Counted from the first letter of the stretch, positions 15,057 through 24,533 are shown. The stretch is DNA of 29,006 nucleotides from a virus (IMGVR_UViG_3300027640_000016:1-29006); one strand, 5' to 3'. Numbers and translations: made by a program. Notes: generated from the sequence alone by a model not told the origin.

Positions 15057-15362
15057 ATGGATAAGTTGAGGAATGACGGATTAACAGAACAAGAAGGCAA
15101 AGTAATGGATTCGCTTATTGATGCATGGAATGAGTTTAACAAGCTAAGCGTAGAGCATCCTTCTGACAATCTTGATTTTGCAAACGCAATTCACCAATGC
15201 CAGCAGATAATGGGTATGAGAATACTTAGAAGAGAGCATCCAAAAGGTTGGGCGGTAAAAGAAAGCAAGAGATACACAAACTTAAAAAAATGTAATCCTA
15301 TGTTGATGGTAGAGACGGCTGATATAAAGTCATTAGGAACAGTCAAAGTAACAAGGACTTGA
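15057..15362 (+). CDS. hypothetical helical protein
   Basis: ATG 15057 after GAGAGGG. GLTEQEGKVMD.L..AWNEF..L..EHPSD..DF..AIH..Q.. Confidence 0.65.
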   Translation: MDKLRNDGLTEQEGKVMDSLIDAWNEFNKLSVEHPSDNLDFANAIHQCQQIMGMRILRREHPKGWAVKESKRYTNLKKCNPMLMVETADIKSLGTVKVTRT

Positions 15363-15384
15363 TTGGAAATAATTAAAAAAGAGA

Positions 15385-15606
15385 GTGAGAAGGGTGACAT
15401 ATATTGTTAGGAGTACTGATGGAAAAGAAGAGGTTGAAGTACCTAAGGAGAGTTTATTAACCGTTACTGTAAGTATTAAAGATACAAAGCTTTGGACTGA
15501 TACAGCTGATTTGATTAAAAGTATTATTGATGACGAAAGAATTGATAAACAAACCAGGGAAGAGTACAGAGGCAGGCTATTAGAGATAGTTGAGAAAGAA
15601 TACTAA
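15385..15606 (+). CDS. hypothetical protein
   Basis: ORF fills the gap. Start uncertain. Confidence 0.55.
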   Translation: MRRVTYIVRSTDGKEEVEVPKESLLTVTVSIKDTKLWTDTADLIKSIIDDERIDKQTREEYRGRLLEIVEKEY

Positions 15607-15662
15607 CCCCCCCATTCTTATATATGCGAACAATCGTTCGGGACCGTTGGGGGAGGTCTTTT
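15607..15662. other. candidate cos (cohesive end) region
   Basis: Non-coding GC-rich patch between the HNH block and the second terS: C7 run, CGAAC/GTTCG inverted repeat, and GACC-GTTGGGGGA-GGTC dyad (15642-15658). Confidence 0.55.
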
Positions 15663-15709
15663 TCAACACATGCCAAGAATTTTGAAAATCGATTGAGAGG
15701 TTTTCTATT

Positions 15710-16036
15710 ATGCCGAAACAAAAAGTATATGAACAAGAGTTGGCGAAGTTGACCGAGATATTCAAGGATGTTGATGAGTCTAAAAGAAAATTAGTTGAGG
15801 GATTGGTTGAAGACGCAGCTTTCTTAAAATCAGAGAACTACATCTTGAGGCAATCTATATCGGATACAGGAATGGTTAAGATACATCCGAATCATCCAGA
15901 GATCCAAAAGCCGATTGAGACCGCCAAACAATATCTTAAAAACGTAAATAGCTATGCGACAGTAATCAAGACTTTAAATGGAGTGCTTAGCAAAAATGTT
16001 ATTGAAGATGATGACGATATGGATGAATTTGAATGA
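15710..16036 (+). CDS. second terminase small subunit (cos-type, short helical)
   Basis: 108 aa with an ATGA overlap onto terL. LVEDAAFL...L...I...G....QKP....KQY......Y...IK.L and an acidic tail. Confidence 0.75.
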   Translation: MPKQKVYEQELAKLTEIFKDVDESKRKLVEGLVEDAAFLKSENYILRQSISDTGMVKIHPNHPEIQKPIETAKQYLKNVNSYATVIKTLNGVLSKNVIEDDDDMDEFE

Positions 16037-17790
16037 TACCAGGACAAATTTTGGAAAAAAACCCTTACGAGTATAACGGAACTCATTCGTTTCTTTTAGA
16101 ATACATTGATAAGTGCGGAACAGGCGAGATGTTAATCGGTCATGATCTCAGGTTAATGTTAGATATTTTATTAACTCATTTCGATAATGAAGATATTAAA
16201 ATAGAATTTGAAGGTGCTCATAAGCGAATTAAGTTTATTGAAACTAAAATAAAACATTTCGAAGCGCCGTTTGCTGGTAAGCCTTTTATACTTGAGTTGT
16301 TTCAAAAAGCTTTTATTGAGTCTATATATTCGTTTAAGATTTTCGATGAAGAAGTAGGGCGCTTTGTAAGGCTTTATCAAGATGTCCTGCTACTGATTGC
16401 AAGGAAACAAGGTAAAACTCCTCTTATTTCAGCTATTAATTTAGCTGAATTTTTTGTTGGAGAAAAAGGTACTCGTATATTATGTTCATCTAACGATTAC
16501 GAACAAGCAGATTTGATGTTTCAGGCAATAAACTCTATGCGAGAAGAAAGTCCGTCGTTAGAAAAAAGAACAAGAAGTAATATCAAAGGGATTTTTTTTG
16601 GCAATCCTAAACATCCAAAAAGAAAAGGCAAATGGAGTTATCAAAATAAAGGCCAGATAAAAAAAATATCAGCAAAAACCGGAGCAAAGGAAGGTAAAAA
16701 CATTAAAGTGGGAGCAGTTGATGAGGTTCATGAACTTAAAGATGATACTTCAATAATGCCAATCAGACAGGCTCTATCAACACAAGATGAGCCTTTATAC
16801 TTTGAACTAACAACAGAGGGAATGATTAACGATGGTTACTTAGATAAAAGATTAGTAGAAGCACGGCAGGTTTTGAATGGCGAACTTGATAGATCGCGTT
16901 GGCTTATATGGGTATACACTCAAGATTCCGAAAAAGAAATATGGCAGGATGAAAAGTCTTGGGCAAAAAGCAATCCTGGTATGGGTGTGATTAAAAAGTG
17001 GAGTTTTCTTCGTAAGATGATAGAAGAGGCTAAGACTAGTAAATCTACCAGGGCATTTGTCTTAGCGAAGGATTTTAATATTAAGCAGAATAATGCTACT
17101 GCTTGGCTTATGACAGAAGATATTGTAAACGAGGAAACTTTCGACTTAGAAGACTTTAGAAACAGTTTTGCAATTGGTGCATCTGATCTATCAAAAACTG
17201 GCGACTTTACTAGTGCTAGAATACTGCTAATGAAACCGGGTAGTGATAAAAAATATTTTTACCAACAGTATTTTATTCCGGAATCTAAACTTGATAATTT
17301 ATCTAAAGAAGACTTGCCGAAATTTAAAGAATGGGTAAGTCAAGGATTAATCACTCTCTCGACCGGAAATGAAAATGATTTTAGATTAGTAAGCATATGG
17401 TATTATAAGCTTTATAAAGATTACGGCATCAGAGTATTTTTAACGGGCTATGATAAATATTCAGCTGTATATTGGGTTAAAGAAATGGAAGAAACCTACG
17501 GCTTTGATTGCAAAAGAGTTGGTCAGGATTGGGGGACTATGAGTGAGCCTATGAAGTTAGTCGAGAAGGACTTGAAAAGTGGACTTATAGTCTACAATAA
17601 CAATCCGATCGATAAATGGTGCCTTGAAAACACGGCCTTTAACATCAACAATCGAGAAGAAATAATGCCTATTAAAATACAGGGTAAAGAGGATAAGAAA
17701 ATAGATGGCGCTGTAACAATGATTATCGCATATCGAATATACATCGATAACCGAACAGAATTTCTGGAATTAGTGAAAAGAGTAGTTTAA
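16033..17790 (+). CDS. terL: terminase large subunit (HK97/D3-like cos type)
   Basis: LELFQK, ARKQGKT, VGAVDEVH, W.KSNP, DLSKTGDFTS, KIDGAVT. Confidence 0.95.
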   Translation: MIPGQILEKNPYEYNGTHSFLLEYIDKCGTGEMLIGHDLRLMLDILLTHFDNEDIKIEFEGAHKRIKFIETKIKHFEAPFAGKPFILELFQKAFIESIYSFKIFDEEVGRFVRLYQDVLLLIARKQGKTPLISAINLAEFFVGEKGTRILCSSNDYEQADLMFQAINSMREESPSLEKRTRSNIKGIFFGNPKHPKRKGKWSYQNKGQIKKISAKTGAKEGKNIKVGAVDEVHELKDDTSIMPIRQALSTQDEPLYFELTTEGMINDGYLDKRLVEARQVLNGELDRSRWLIWVYTQDSEKEIWQDEKSWAKSNPGMGVIKKWSFLRKMIEEAKTSKSTRAFVLAKDFNIKQNNATAWLMTEDIVNEETFDLEDFRNSFAIGASDLSKTGDFTSARILLMKPGSDKKYFYQQYFIPESKLDNLSKEDLPKFKEWVSQGLITLSTGNENDFRLVSIWYYKLYKDYGIRVFLTGYDKYSAVYWVKEMEETYGFDCKRVGQDWGTMSEPMKLVEKDLKSGLIVYNNNPIDKWCLENTAFNINNREEIMPIKIQGKEDKKIDGAVTMIIAYRIYIDNRTEFLELVKRVV

Positions 17791-17791
17791 G

Positions 17792-17813
17792 GAAGTCGAT
17801 AGGCTTCTTTTTT
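17792..17813 (+). terminator. intrinsic terminator after terL
   Basis: GAAGTC-gata-GGCTTC followed by T6. Confidence 0.55.
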
Positions 17814-17815
17814 AT

Positions 17816-18007
17816 ATGAAGGTGGTGAATTTTCAAGTGTTTAAAAAGATTTTTAAGTACTTTTCAACAATTATAGACGACTTATTTCTTATAGCAGGAA
17901 TTGTATTCGTATCGCTTGGTGTTTTCAAAATAAACATTCCATTTGGATATATAACGTTGGGCTTATGCTTCATGGCATTTGCTTATCTCATTGCAAAGAG
18001 AAGGTGA
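17816..18007 (+). CDS. small two-helix membrane protein preceding the portal
   Basis: DDLFLIAG...GYITLG with two hydrophobic segments. Common position between terL and portal in Bacillota cos phages. Confidence 0.7.
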   Translation: MKVVNFQVFKKIFKYFSTIIDDLFLIAGIVFVSLGVFKINIPFGYITLGLCFMAFAYLIAKRR

Positions 18008-18011
18008 TTAA

Positions 18012-19247
18012 ATGCTATTACAGGGCTTGATTAAAAACAGTGAAAAAAATAAGCAAATGCAATACGCTAAAATGCTCAACGGCAACTACCCAGTATTTAG
18101 TCAGTTTGGGCAGAATATTTATGCTTCAGACTTGGTCCAGATGAGTATAGATAAGATTGCTACAGAGATAAGTAAGTTACAACCTAAGCATATCAGAACA
18201 GATCCAAACGGGATGCAAACTGTAGTTAAAAGTTCTATTAACAGACTCTTTAAATTTAAGGCAAACCCGTTAATGACAACTAGAGATTTTCTCGAAAAGA
18301 CAATCTGGCTGTTATACATGAATTACAATGCGTTTATTTATCCAACATACGATATTCTAACTGATAGCCGAGGCGACATAAAAAGAGAATACACAGCCTT
18401 TTATCCGCTTAATCCTAACAGAGTTGAATTCCTCCAAGACGAAGCACAAAAGCTTTTCATAAAAATGTGGTTTGGCAATGGAGAAAACTACACATTGCCT
18501 TACTCTGATATTATTCATTTGCGAAAAAAATTCAGTGTTAATGACATCATGGGTGGAGGGCTTAACGGCCAGCCGGACAACGCAGCATTGCTTAAAGTTT
18601 TGGAAATTAACGATACAGTTATTCAAGGCTTAGGCAAAGCGATTAAATCCAGCTTAACCATCCGTGGTATTTTGAAAATAAACACCATGCTTGACGACGA
18701 TAAGCAAAAGGCTGAACGTGAAAAACTCGAAAAAGCAATTGAAGATGGCAGGAGTGGCATATTGCCCCTCGATTTAAAGGGCGATTATACCGATTTAAAG
18801 CCAGATCCCAAAATCATCGACAAAGACACAATGGAATTTATTCAAAGTAAGATACTGAATTGGTACGGGGTACCTTTGAAAATTTTATCTGGTGATTTTA
18901 CTGATGAGGATTATCAAGCATTTTATGAGAGCACGCTTGAAGTAATTATCATTAGCCTTGGACAAGCTTTTTCCAGCACTGTATTCACCGCGAGAGAGCT
19001 TGATGTAGGTAATGAGATAGTAGCATATCACCGTGACATGATGTATCTGAGCACCAAAGCCAAACTTGAGTTGATTAAGACCGCTGGTGAACAGGGACTA
19101 TTACAAGACAATCAAAAATTAGCTATCTTAGGACTTCCACCGATAGCGGGAGGCGACAGGATAACACAAAGCCTTAACTATATCGACAAATCGATAATTA
19201 ACAATTATCAGTTGAATGGTGTTAAAGCAAAAAACGAAAAGGAGTGA
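18012..19247 (+). CDS. portal protein (HK97 family)
   Basis: IA.EISKL, NPLMT..DF, NAFIY, YPLNP..V, DIIHLR, YGVP..IL. Follows terL. Confidence 0.93.
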   Translation: MLLQGLIKNSEKNKQMQYAKMLNGNYPVFSQFGQNIYASDLVQMSIDKIATEISKLQPKHIRTDPNGMQTVVKSSINRLFKFKANPLMTTRDFLEKTIWLLYMNYNAFIYPTYDILTDSRGDIKREYTAFYPLNPNRVEFLQDEAQKLFIKMWFGNGENYTLPYSDIIHLRKKFSVNDIMGGGLNGQPDNAALLKVLEINDTVIQGLGKAIKSSLTIRGILKINTMLDDDKQKAEREKLEKAIEDGRSGILPLDLKGDYTDLKPDPKIIDKDTMEFIQSKILNWYGVPLKILSGDFTDEDYQAFYESTLEVIIISLGQAFSSTVFTARELDVGNEIVAYHRDMMYLSTKAKLELIKTAGEQGLLQDNQKLAILGLPPIAGGDRITQSLNYIDKSIINNYQLNGVKAKNEKE

Positions 19248-19253
19248 ATGTAG

Positions 19254-19904
19254 GTGAGCAAAAATAAACTACCTAACAAAGACGAAATGGTAATCCGGAG
19301 TTTCGGGATGCCTGATATTCGGGCAGTTGGTGAGGATGGAGTAATTGAAGGTCATGCAGCTGTATATGATCAAAAAACAAATATAGGTAACTGGTTCTAT
19401 GAAATTATTGAACGTGGTGCATTTAATGAAACTGACTTTGATGACGTATTATTTACCGCAAACCACGAAGTGTGGGATATACCGCTTGCTAGAAGTAGAA
19501 GGAACAATAGTAATTCTACTCTGCAGCTTAATTTAGATGATCAGGGGTTATTTACCAGAGCTAACCTAGATATTGCGAATAACTCAGAAGCTAGAAGTCT
19601 ACATTCAGCGGTAAAAAGAGAGGACATCACAGGGATGTCTTTTATTTTTTATGTAAAAGACGAGGAATGGGAAGATTTAGATACTGATATGCCGACAAGA
19701 CGCATAAAGAAAATTGCAAAAGTAAGAGAAGTATCTGCGGTTAATTTTCCGGCATATACCGGAACTGACATAAACGCTCGAAATGACAAATCTGCATTGG
19801 ATAATGCAATAAAGGCATTGGAGAATGCCCGGTCAACGTTGGATAACGAAAAGAACGAGCGAGAAGCATTAAAACTAAAATCTCAAATACTAATGAAGGG
19901 TTAA
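19254..19904 (+). CDS. HK97-family prohead protease
   Basis: IEGHAAVYD, E.IERGAF, NH, GMSF.F, EVSAVNFPAY..T. Confidence 0.95.
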   Translation: MSKNKLPNKDEMVIRSFGMPDIRAVGEDGVIEGHAAVYDQKTNIGNWFYEIIERGAFNETDFDDVLFTANHEVWDIPLARSRRNNSNSTLQLNLDDQGLFTRANLDIANNSEARSLHSAVKREDITGMSFIFYVKDEEWEDLDTDMPTRRIKKIAKVREVSAVNFPAYTGTDINARNDKSALDNAIKALENARSTLDNEKNEREALKLKSQILMKG

Positions 19905-19915
19905 GGTGATAAATA

Positions 19916-21217
19916 ATGAAAGATAAACTAAAGAAATTACTTGCTACTAAAGAAGCGAGAAAAGCAGAACTTGGCACAAAGGCAAATGCTACTGAGGATG
20001 TAAAGGAATTACGTAGCATTAATACAGAGTTAGATGCTTTAAATACTGAAATCATAGAACTTCGTAGCATGATTGACGCTATTCCTGATGAACAACAGGG
20101 TTCTGGAGAAGGAGAACAAAGAGGACAACAAGGTCAGGGTCAAGGAGAACAAAGGCAAACTCCTCCAGGTCAATTTAATCCAATGGGTACCTACGGTGTA
20201 GGTCAAGGACAACAGCAGAGATCAGAGGAGCCCGAAGACAAGTATGCTACTCTAGAATACCGTAAAGCATTTATGAATTTTGCTAAATCAGGGAAATCGA
20301 CTCCTGAATTTAGGTCAATGCAACCGGAGTTTAGAGCTGATGCGATGACAACTGCGTCGGAAGTAGCGGCTGTCATCCCTACAACAATCCTCAATGAGAT
20401 TATCAAAGAAGCAAAAGTATATGGTCAAATATTTAGAAGAATTCGTTCGTTAAACGTCCCTGGTGGTCTTACGATTCCGATTCTGTCTCTTAAACCAACT
20501 GCAACAAGAATCACTGAATCTACTCCGTCAGACAAGAAAAAGGTTACGGCCAATACAAGCGTATCCTTTAGCTATTACGGTTTAGAATGCAAGGTGTCTA
20601 CATCCTTACTTGCTCAAACGGTAACTTTGACAGGCTTCGAGAACACCGTTGTAGATCTTATCGGTGAAGCTATGATTAAGGCGGTTGAGGGTGAAATAAT
20701 TAGCGGCACAGGTAATGGTGAGTGCTTAGGAATTACTGCAGACACTAGAGTCCCGGCTGCTCAGAAAGTAACATTATCATCAGCTGATTTTGTAACGTGG
20801 GACGGATGGAAAAAGAAAGTCTTTTCAAAAATGCCACTTGCTTATAAAGCCGGAGCTACTTTCCTAATGGCTTCTGGAACGTTTGAAGGATACATTGACG
20901 GCATGGTTGATGCCAATGGACAACCAGTAGGTCGTATTAACTATGGGATTACAGAAGGACCTCAAGAAAGGTTTGGCGGTAAAGAAGTAATTCAAGTGGA
21001 AGATGACATAATTTCTCCTTACGATGACGCTGCTACTGGAGATGTTGTAGCAATTTACTGTAATTTGAGAAATTACGGTATTAATACAAACTTGCAGATG
21101 ATGATGTTCCGCTATTTTGATCATGACACCAACGAATGGGTCGATAAAGCTATCTTGATAGCAGATGGAAAACTCATAGATCCAAATGGTGTAGTCATAA
21201 TCAAAAAAGGTGCTTAG
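19916..21217 (+). CDS. major capsid protein (HK97 fold with N-terminal delta domain)
   Basis: Coiled-coil N-terminus, EYRKAF, IPTTILNEII, IISGTG.G...GI, D.NGQP, DGK..DPN. Confidence 0.93.
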   Translation: MKDKLKKLLATKEARKAELGTKANATEDVKELRSINTELDALNTEIIELRSMIDAIPDEQQGSGEGEQRGQQGQGQGEQRQTPPGQFNPMGTYGVGQGQQQRSEEPEDKYATLEYRKAFMNFAKSGKSTPEFRSMQPEFRADAMTTASEVAAVIPTTILNEIIKEAKVYGQIFRRIRSLNVPGGLTIPILSLKPTATRITESTPSDKKKVTANTSVSFSYYGLECKVSTSLLAQTVTLTGFENTVVDLIGEAMIKAVEGEIISGTGNGECLGITADTRVPAAQKVTLSSADFVTWDGWKKKVFSKMPLAYKAGATFLMASGTFEGYIDGMVDANGQPVGRINYGITEGPQERFGGKEVIQVEDDIISPYDDAATGDVVAIYCNLRNYGINTNLQMMMFRYFDHDTNEWVDKAILIADGKLIDPNGVVIIKKGA

Positions 21218-21222
21218 TAAAA

Positions 21223-21250
21223 GGGGAGATTAAATTCTCCCCATATTTTT
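21223..21250 (+). terminator. terminator after the capsid gene
   Basis: GGGGAGA-ttaaat-TCTCCCC followed by ATATTTTT. Confidence 0.65.
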
Positions 21251-21275
21251 AAAATTAAATTAAGGAGGTCAATAA

Positions 21276-21866
21276 ATGTATCCATACAATTTTAAATTCG
21301 GACAAACAATACAAACAGACGTTGATGGCGTATCGACTGATCGTGGTTTTATTTCTCATTTTCAGGTTAGTGCAGCTGGAGCAGCTACTCAAAGTATTAC
21401 AGGAGTTTTAGCGGCTACCGCGCTGACGGCTGCAGAACAAGATATTGCAGCGGGCATCACAAATCCGCCAGCACCGAGAAATATCAAAATTAAAGCTAAT
21501 GCAGCAACTGTAACTGGCAATGTTGTAATTACCGGCACGAATTATGCAGATACAGTAATAACTGAAACAATCGCCTTAAACGGGACGGCTGAGGTGTTAG
21601 GTAACAAATCTTTTAAAACAGTAACTAATATTCATCTTCCGGTTGAAATTAACGTAGGCACCGACACCGTATCTGTCGGGTTTGGGAATAAGCTTGGTTT
21701 GCCTTATAAGTTGAGTTTAAATACTATTTTGTCAGCATATCGAGATGGTACATTAGAAAGCACTGCCCCGACTGTAGCGGTTAGTGCTACTGCGATTGAG
21801 TCTAATACTGTATCGTTAAACAGCGCATTGAACGGCACTGCAATTGATGTATTTCTGATAGTTTAG
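21276..21866 (+). CDS. Thr/Ala/Val-rich beta protein, probable capsid decoration/accessory virion protein
   Basis: Directly after the capsid gene, strong TAAGGAGGT RBS, beta-rich composition. Confidence 0.55.
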   Translation: MYPYNFKFGQTIQTDVDGVSTDRGFISHFQVSAAGAATQSITGVLAATALTAAEQDIAAGITNPPAPRNIKIKANAATVTGNVVITGTNYADTVITETIALNGTAEVLGNKSFKTVTNIHLPVEINVGTDTVSVGFGNKLGLPYKLSLNTILSAYRDGTLESTAPTVAVSATAIESNTVSLNSALNGTAIDVFLIV

Positions 21867-21878
21867 GCGGCGGTCTAA

Positions 21879-22445
21879 ATGACTAATGAAGAATTATTAA
21901 TTGAGTGTAAGAAAAGTTTAAACATATCACTCGTAAGCACAGCTTTTGATGACGTATTAACTCAAAAGATTCTGGCCGTCAAGTTGTTTATGTCCAACGC
22001 CGGGGTTTCGGATGACATTATGATTAATGATTTAGCGGTAGGCTGTATAGTTTTAGGTGTAGCGGATCTTTGGAATGTAGAGAGTGGGGAAGTAAAATAT
22101 TCTAGTGTTTTTTACACATTTGTTAATCAACTTACTTCTTCAAGCTCGATTGTAACGTTAACAAGTAACCCGGCTGACGGCGCGACAGGTGTAGCCATAA
22201 CGATTAAGCCTACATTGACATTTAATAAACAGATTGAGAGCCACTCAATTAGGTTAGTAGAGTACGATGAGCCGGATAATGTCGTTAATATCTCAGCAGA
22301 GTTGGATGTTACTGTGAAAAAATTAACGATAACCCCGGCGAGCGATTTAAAAGCTGCGACAAAGTATGCAATCGTTATTAACAAAGTTGTGTCTTATGAT
22401 GGTCCGTCTTTACAACTGAAGATTATTAGCTTTACAACAGCTTAA
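21879..22445 (+). CDS. head-tail adaptor (gp6/gp15-like) fused to a C-terminal Ig-like (Big_5-type) domain
   Basis: Helical N-terminus (CKKSL.I...AFDDVL...M.NAGV...GVADLWN). C-terminus S.PADGATGV...LTFNK...LTITP.SDL...TKY.I.I. Confidence 0.75.
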   Translation: MTNEELLIECKKSLNISLVSTAFDDVLTQKILAVKLFMSNAGVSDDIMINDLAVGCIVLGVADLWNVESGEVKYSSVFYTFVNQLTSSSSIVTLTSNPADGATGVAITIKPTLTFNKQIESHSIRLVEYDEPDNVVNISAELDVTVKKLTITPASDLKAATKYAIVINKVVSYDGPSLQLKIISFTTA

Positions 22446-22458
22446 GGTGGTGTAGAAT

Positions 22459-22764
22459 ATGGGGCGTAGAAATGCAGTAATAGGGCTTATTACCACTACG
22501 TACAATGATGATACTGATAAATACGTTGATAGCTCACCAAGAGAAGTATTTGCTGAAAAAAAATCTATTCGTCAATCCGAATTTTATCAAGCTCAAGCTA
22601 CCGGTTTAAGACCAGAATTAACTTTTGTTGTTTGGGCCGACGAATATAATGATGAGCAAAAGTTATCTTTTGAGGGTAATGAGTATAACATTATCCGGAC
22701 GTTTGAAAAAGACGAAAAAGAAACAGAACTCATTTGTTCGGGTCTTGTCAATAAGGGGGCTTAG
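22459..22764 (+). CDS. head closure protein (SPP1 gp16-like)
   Basis: REVFAEKKSIRQSEFYQA...GLRPE...EY..E...Y.IIRT......ELIC. Confidence 0.88.
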   Translation: MGRRNAVIGLITTTYNDDTDKYVDSSPREVFAEKKSIRQSEFYQAQATGLRPELTFVVWADEYNDEQKLSFEGNEYNIIRTFEKDEKETELICSGLVNKGA

Positions 22765-22766
22765 TT

Positions 22767-23216
22767 ATGCCGCTACCAAAAAGTGTAACTAAAATAAAAA
22801 AAGACGGCATTGAATTTACCTCCAGTGTTGACAGGGTACAGTACACCATCCGGGAATTAATCCGAGCTGCTCAACGAGATACAGCAAAGTTGCTCCGAAA
22901 GCGAATGATTGAAAAGCTAAAAAATTTACCAGGAATGAAGCGTAACCGAAGGATATATAAATCAACACAGTACTGGGTGCGTCGTCGTGAAGGTGATATG
23001 CAGATCGGGTTTAAACATGATTCGTGGTATGGAGCTAAGAGTGAGTTGGGCACTAGCGGGCAACCAGCTAGAGGCATACTCAGGAATACAGTCTATGAAA
23101 ACATACCTGAAATACGTAAAATACAAGCTCAATACTTGTCAGCGGTCGAAGATGAACTTAAGGCGATTGCGTTAATCAATGAAGAAGAATATATTAGCCC
23201 GGACGGTGAGGAATAA
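22767..23216 (+). CDS. HK97 gp10-like neck/tail protein
   Basis: WYG...ELGT...P...ILR..V. Gene order. Confidence 0.75.
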   Translation: MPLPKSVTKIKKDGIEFTSSVDRVQYTIRELIRAAQRDTAKLLRKRMIEKLKNLPGMKRNRRIYKSTQYWVRRREGDMQIGFKHDSWYGAKSELGTSGQPARGILRNTVYENIPEIRKIQAQYLSAVEDELKAIALINEEEYISPDGEE

Positions 23217-23611
23217 TGAGCCAGTTAAAGGATTTATTAAAAGCTTACTTAAGAATTATTCATCCTCGCGTCTATTACGAAAATGCTCCCGAGTCTGCTA
23301 CCTATCCATATCTTATTTTTGATTTTCCAAACGAATTATCTGACGGCGAGTCGGTAAATGTGGTTGTGGTTGACATTGATGGATGGGATAGACCAGCCGA
23401 TGGAGATGTTACACTGTTAGAAGCAATAATGGAAGCTGTTAATGGGGATGGTGATGCTGAAAACCCAACAGGATTAAACAAAGAAACGTTGACTGCAGAA
23501 AAAATAGCAGTCACTTTTTATTTAGATCGAAAGCTTAACTTAAGGGACGATGACAAGAGAATCAAACGAAGAAAGTATATTTACCAAGCTAGATTATTTG
23601 AAAGGAGTTGA
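23216..23611 (+). CDS. tail terminator/completion protein
   Basis: RVYYENAP..A.YPYLIF...IDGWD. Precedes the major tail protein. Confidence 0.8.
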   Translation: MSQLKDLLKAYLRIIHPRVYYENAPESATYPYLIFDFPNELSDGESVNVVVVDIDGWDRPADGDVTLLEAIMEAVNGDGDAENPTGLNKETLTAEKIAVTFYLDRKLNLRDDDKRIKRRKYIYQARLFERS

Positions 23612-23617
23612 ATGTAA

Positions 23618-24484
23618 TTGCAAAGAAAGATAACTCAACAGCAATTGGAGAATATCCAAATTGACTATGGAATGCTATACGTAGATTACGGACTAGCGGG
23701 AGAACGCAGAGTAGGACCCACCAAAGGTGGCGCAACATTTACCGCAACCGCAACATTAAGAGACATTGAGTTTGATGGCAGAAAAGGTAAGACTAAAGGT
23801 TTAGTTGTTGTAGACGAAATTAACGCCATGCTAGCAATAGCGAATATGGATATGTCCATGGATGAATTAGCTTTTGCAATGCCGTGGGCTAACTATACCA
23901 ACAGTATAGTAACAGCAAAGAGCGCAAACGTGGGTATGGTGCCATCTGTAAGCTTTGTAACTAATGTGGTTATGTTTGCTAAAGTGGTTGGTGGTGGCTA
24001 TAAGAAAATCACATTGTATAATGCCATGAATACTAGCGTGTTTACCTTGGCGGCAGTACCCAAAGGAGAAGGGACAGTGGGATTAGAAATTAGCGCCCAT
24101 TGGGATCCAGAGGATGATACAGCTGATTTATTCAAAGTAGAAGACGTGCTGACACTTGGTAGCGATGTTGTTGCACCGACAGTTGTTACAGTTCCAGCTG
24201 ATGCAGCCACTGACATAGTTGTAACCAGTAACTTGACTGCAACATTCAACGAGGATATTAAACAGGCAGATATTAACTCTAATAACTTCTTACTTATCAA
24301 AGTTAGTGACGGTTCAATCGTTGCTGGAAGCTTGACCTACACATTAGGAACCAAGACGGCTGCATTTGACCCAACTAATTCGTTGGACGCTTCAACTGCT
24401 TACATCTGGGCAATCTCAAACGTAAGGGATTCCGCTGGCAACAAAATGGTTCCTATTACAGTAAACTTTACAACAGCAGCATAA
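23618..24484 (+). CDS. major tail protein with C-terminal Ig-like (Big_5-type) domain
   Basis: G.TKGG.TF...RDIEFDG..G.TKG tube domain. C-terminus APTVV..PADAAT......TATFNE...F.P...L...T.Y...VRD.AGN. Confidence 0.88.
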   Translation: MQRKITQQQLENIQIDYGMLYVDYGLAGERRVGPTKGGATFTATATLRDIEFDGRKGKTKGLVVVDEINAMLAIANMDMSMDELAFAMPWANYTNSIVTAKSANVGMVPSVSFVTNVVMFAKVVGGGYKKITLYNAMNTSVFTLAAVPKGEGTVGLEISAHWDPEDDTADLFKVEDVLTLGSDVVAPTVVTVPADAATDIVVTSNLTATFNEDIKQADINSNNFLLIKVSDGSIVAGSLTYTLGTKTAAFDPTNSLDASTAYIWAISNVRDSAGNKMVPITVNFTTAA

Positions 24485-24515
24485 GGCGGGGTTAATCACC
24501 CTGCCCCATTTTTTT
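24485..24515 (+). terminator. terminator after the major tail gene
   Basis: GGCGGGGT-taatc-ACCCTGCC followed by CCA and T7. Confidence 0.65.
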
Positions 24516-24533
24516 ATAAGGAGGATTTAAGTT

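Noticed and set aside
17816-18007. Holin
   Set aside because: It has two hydrophobic helices but no adjacent endolysin. The position between terL and portal matches a common non-lysis small membrane protein.
22987-23175. 62-aa plus-strand ORF nested in the gp10-like gene
   Set aside because: Unlike the methyltransferase nested ORF, it has no recognisable motif, no convincing RBS and supplies no missing function.
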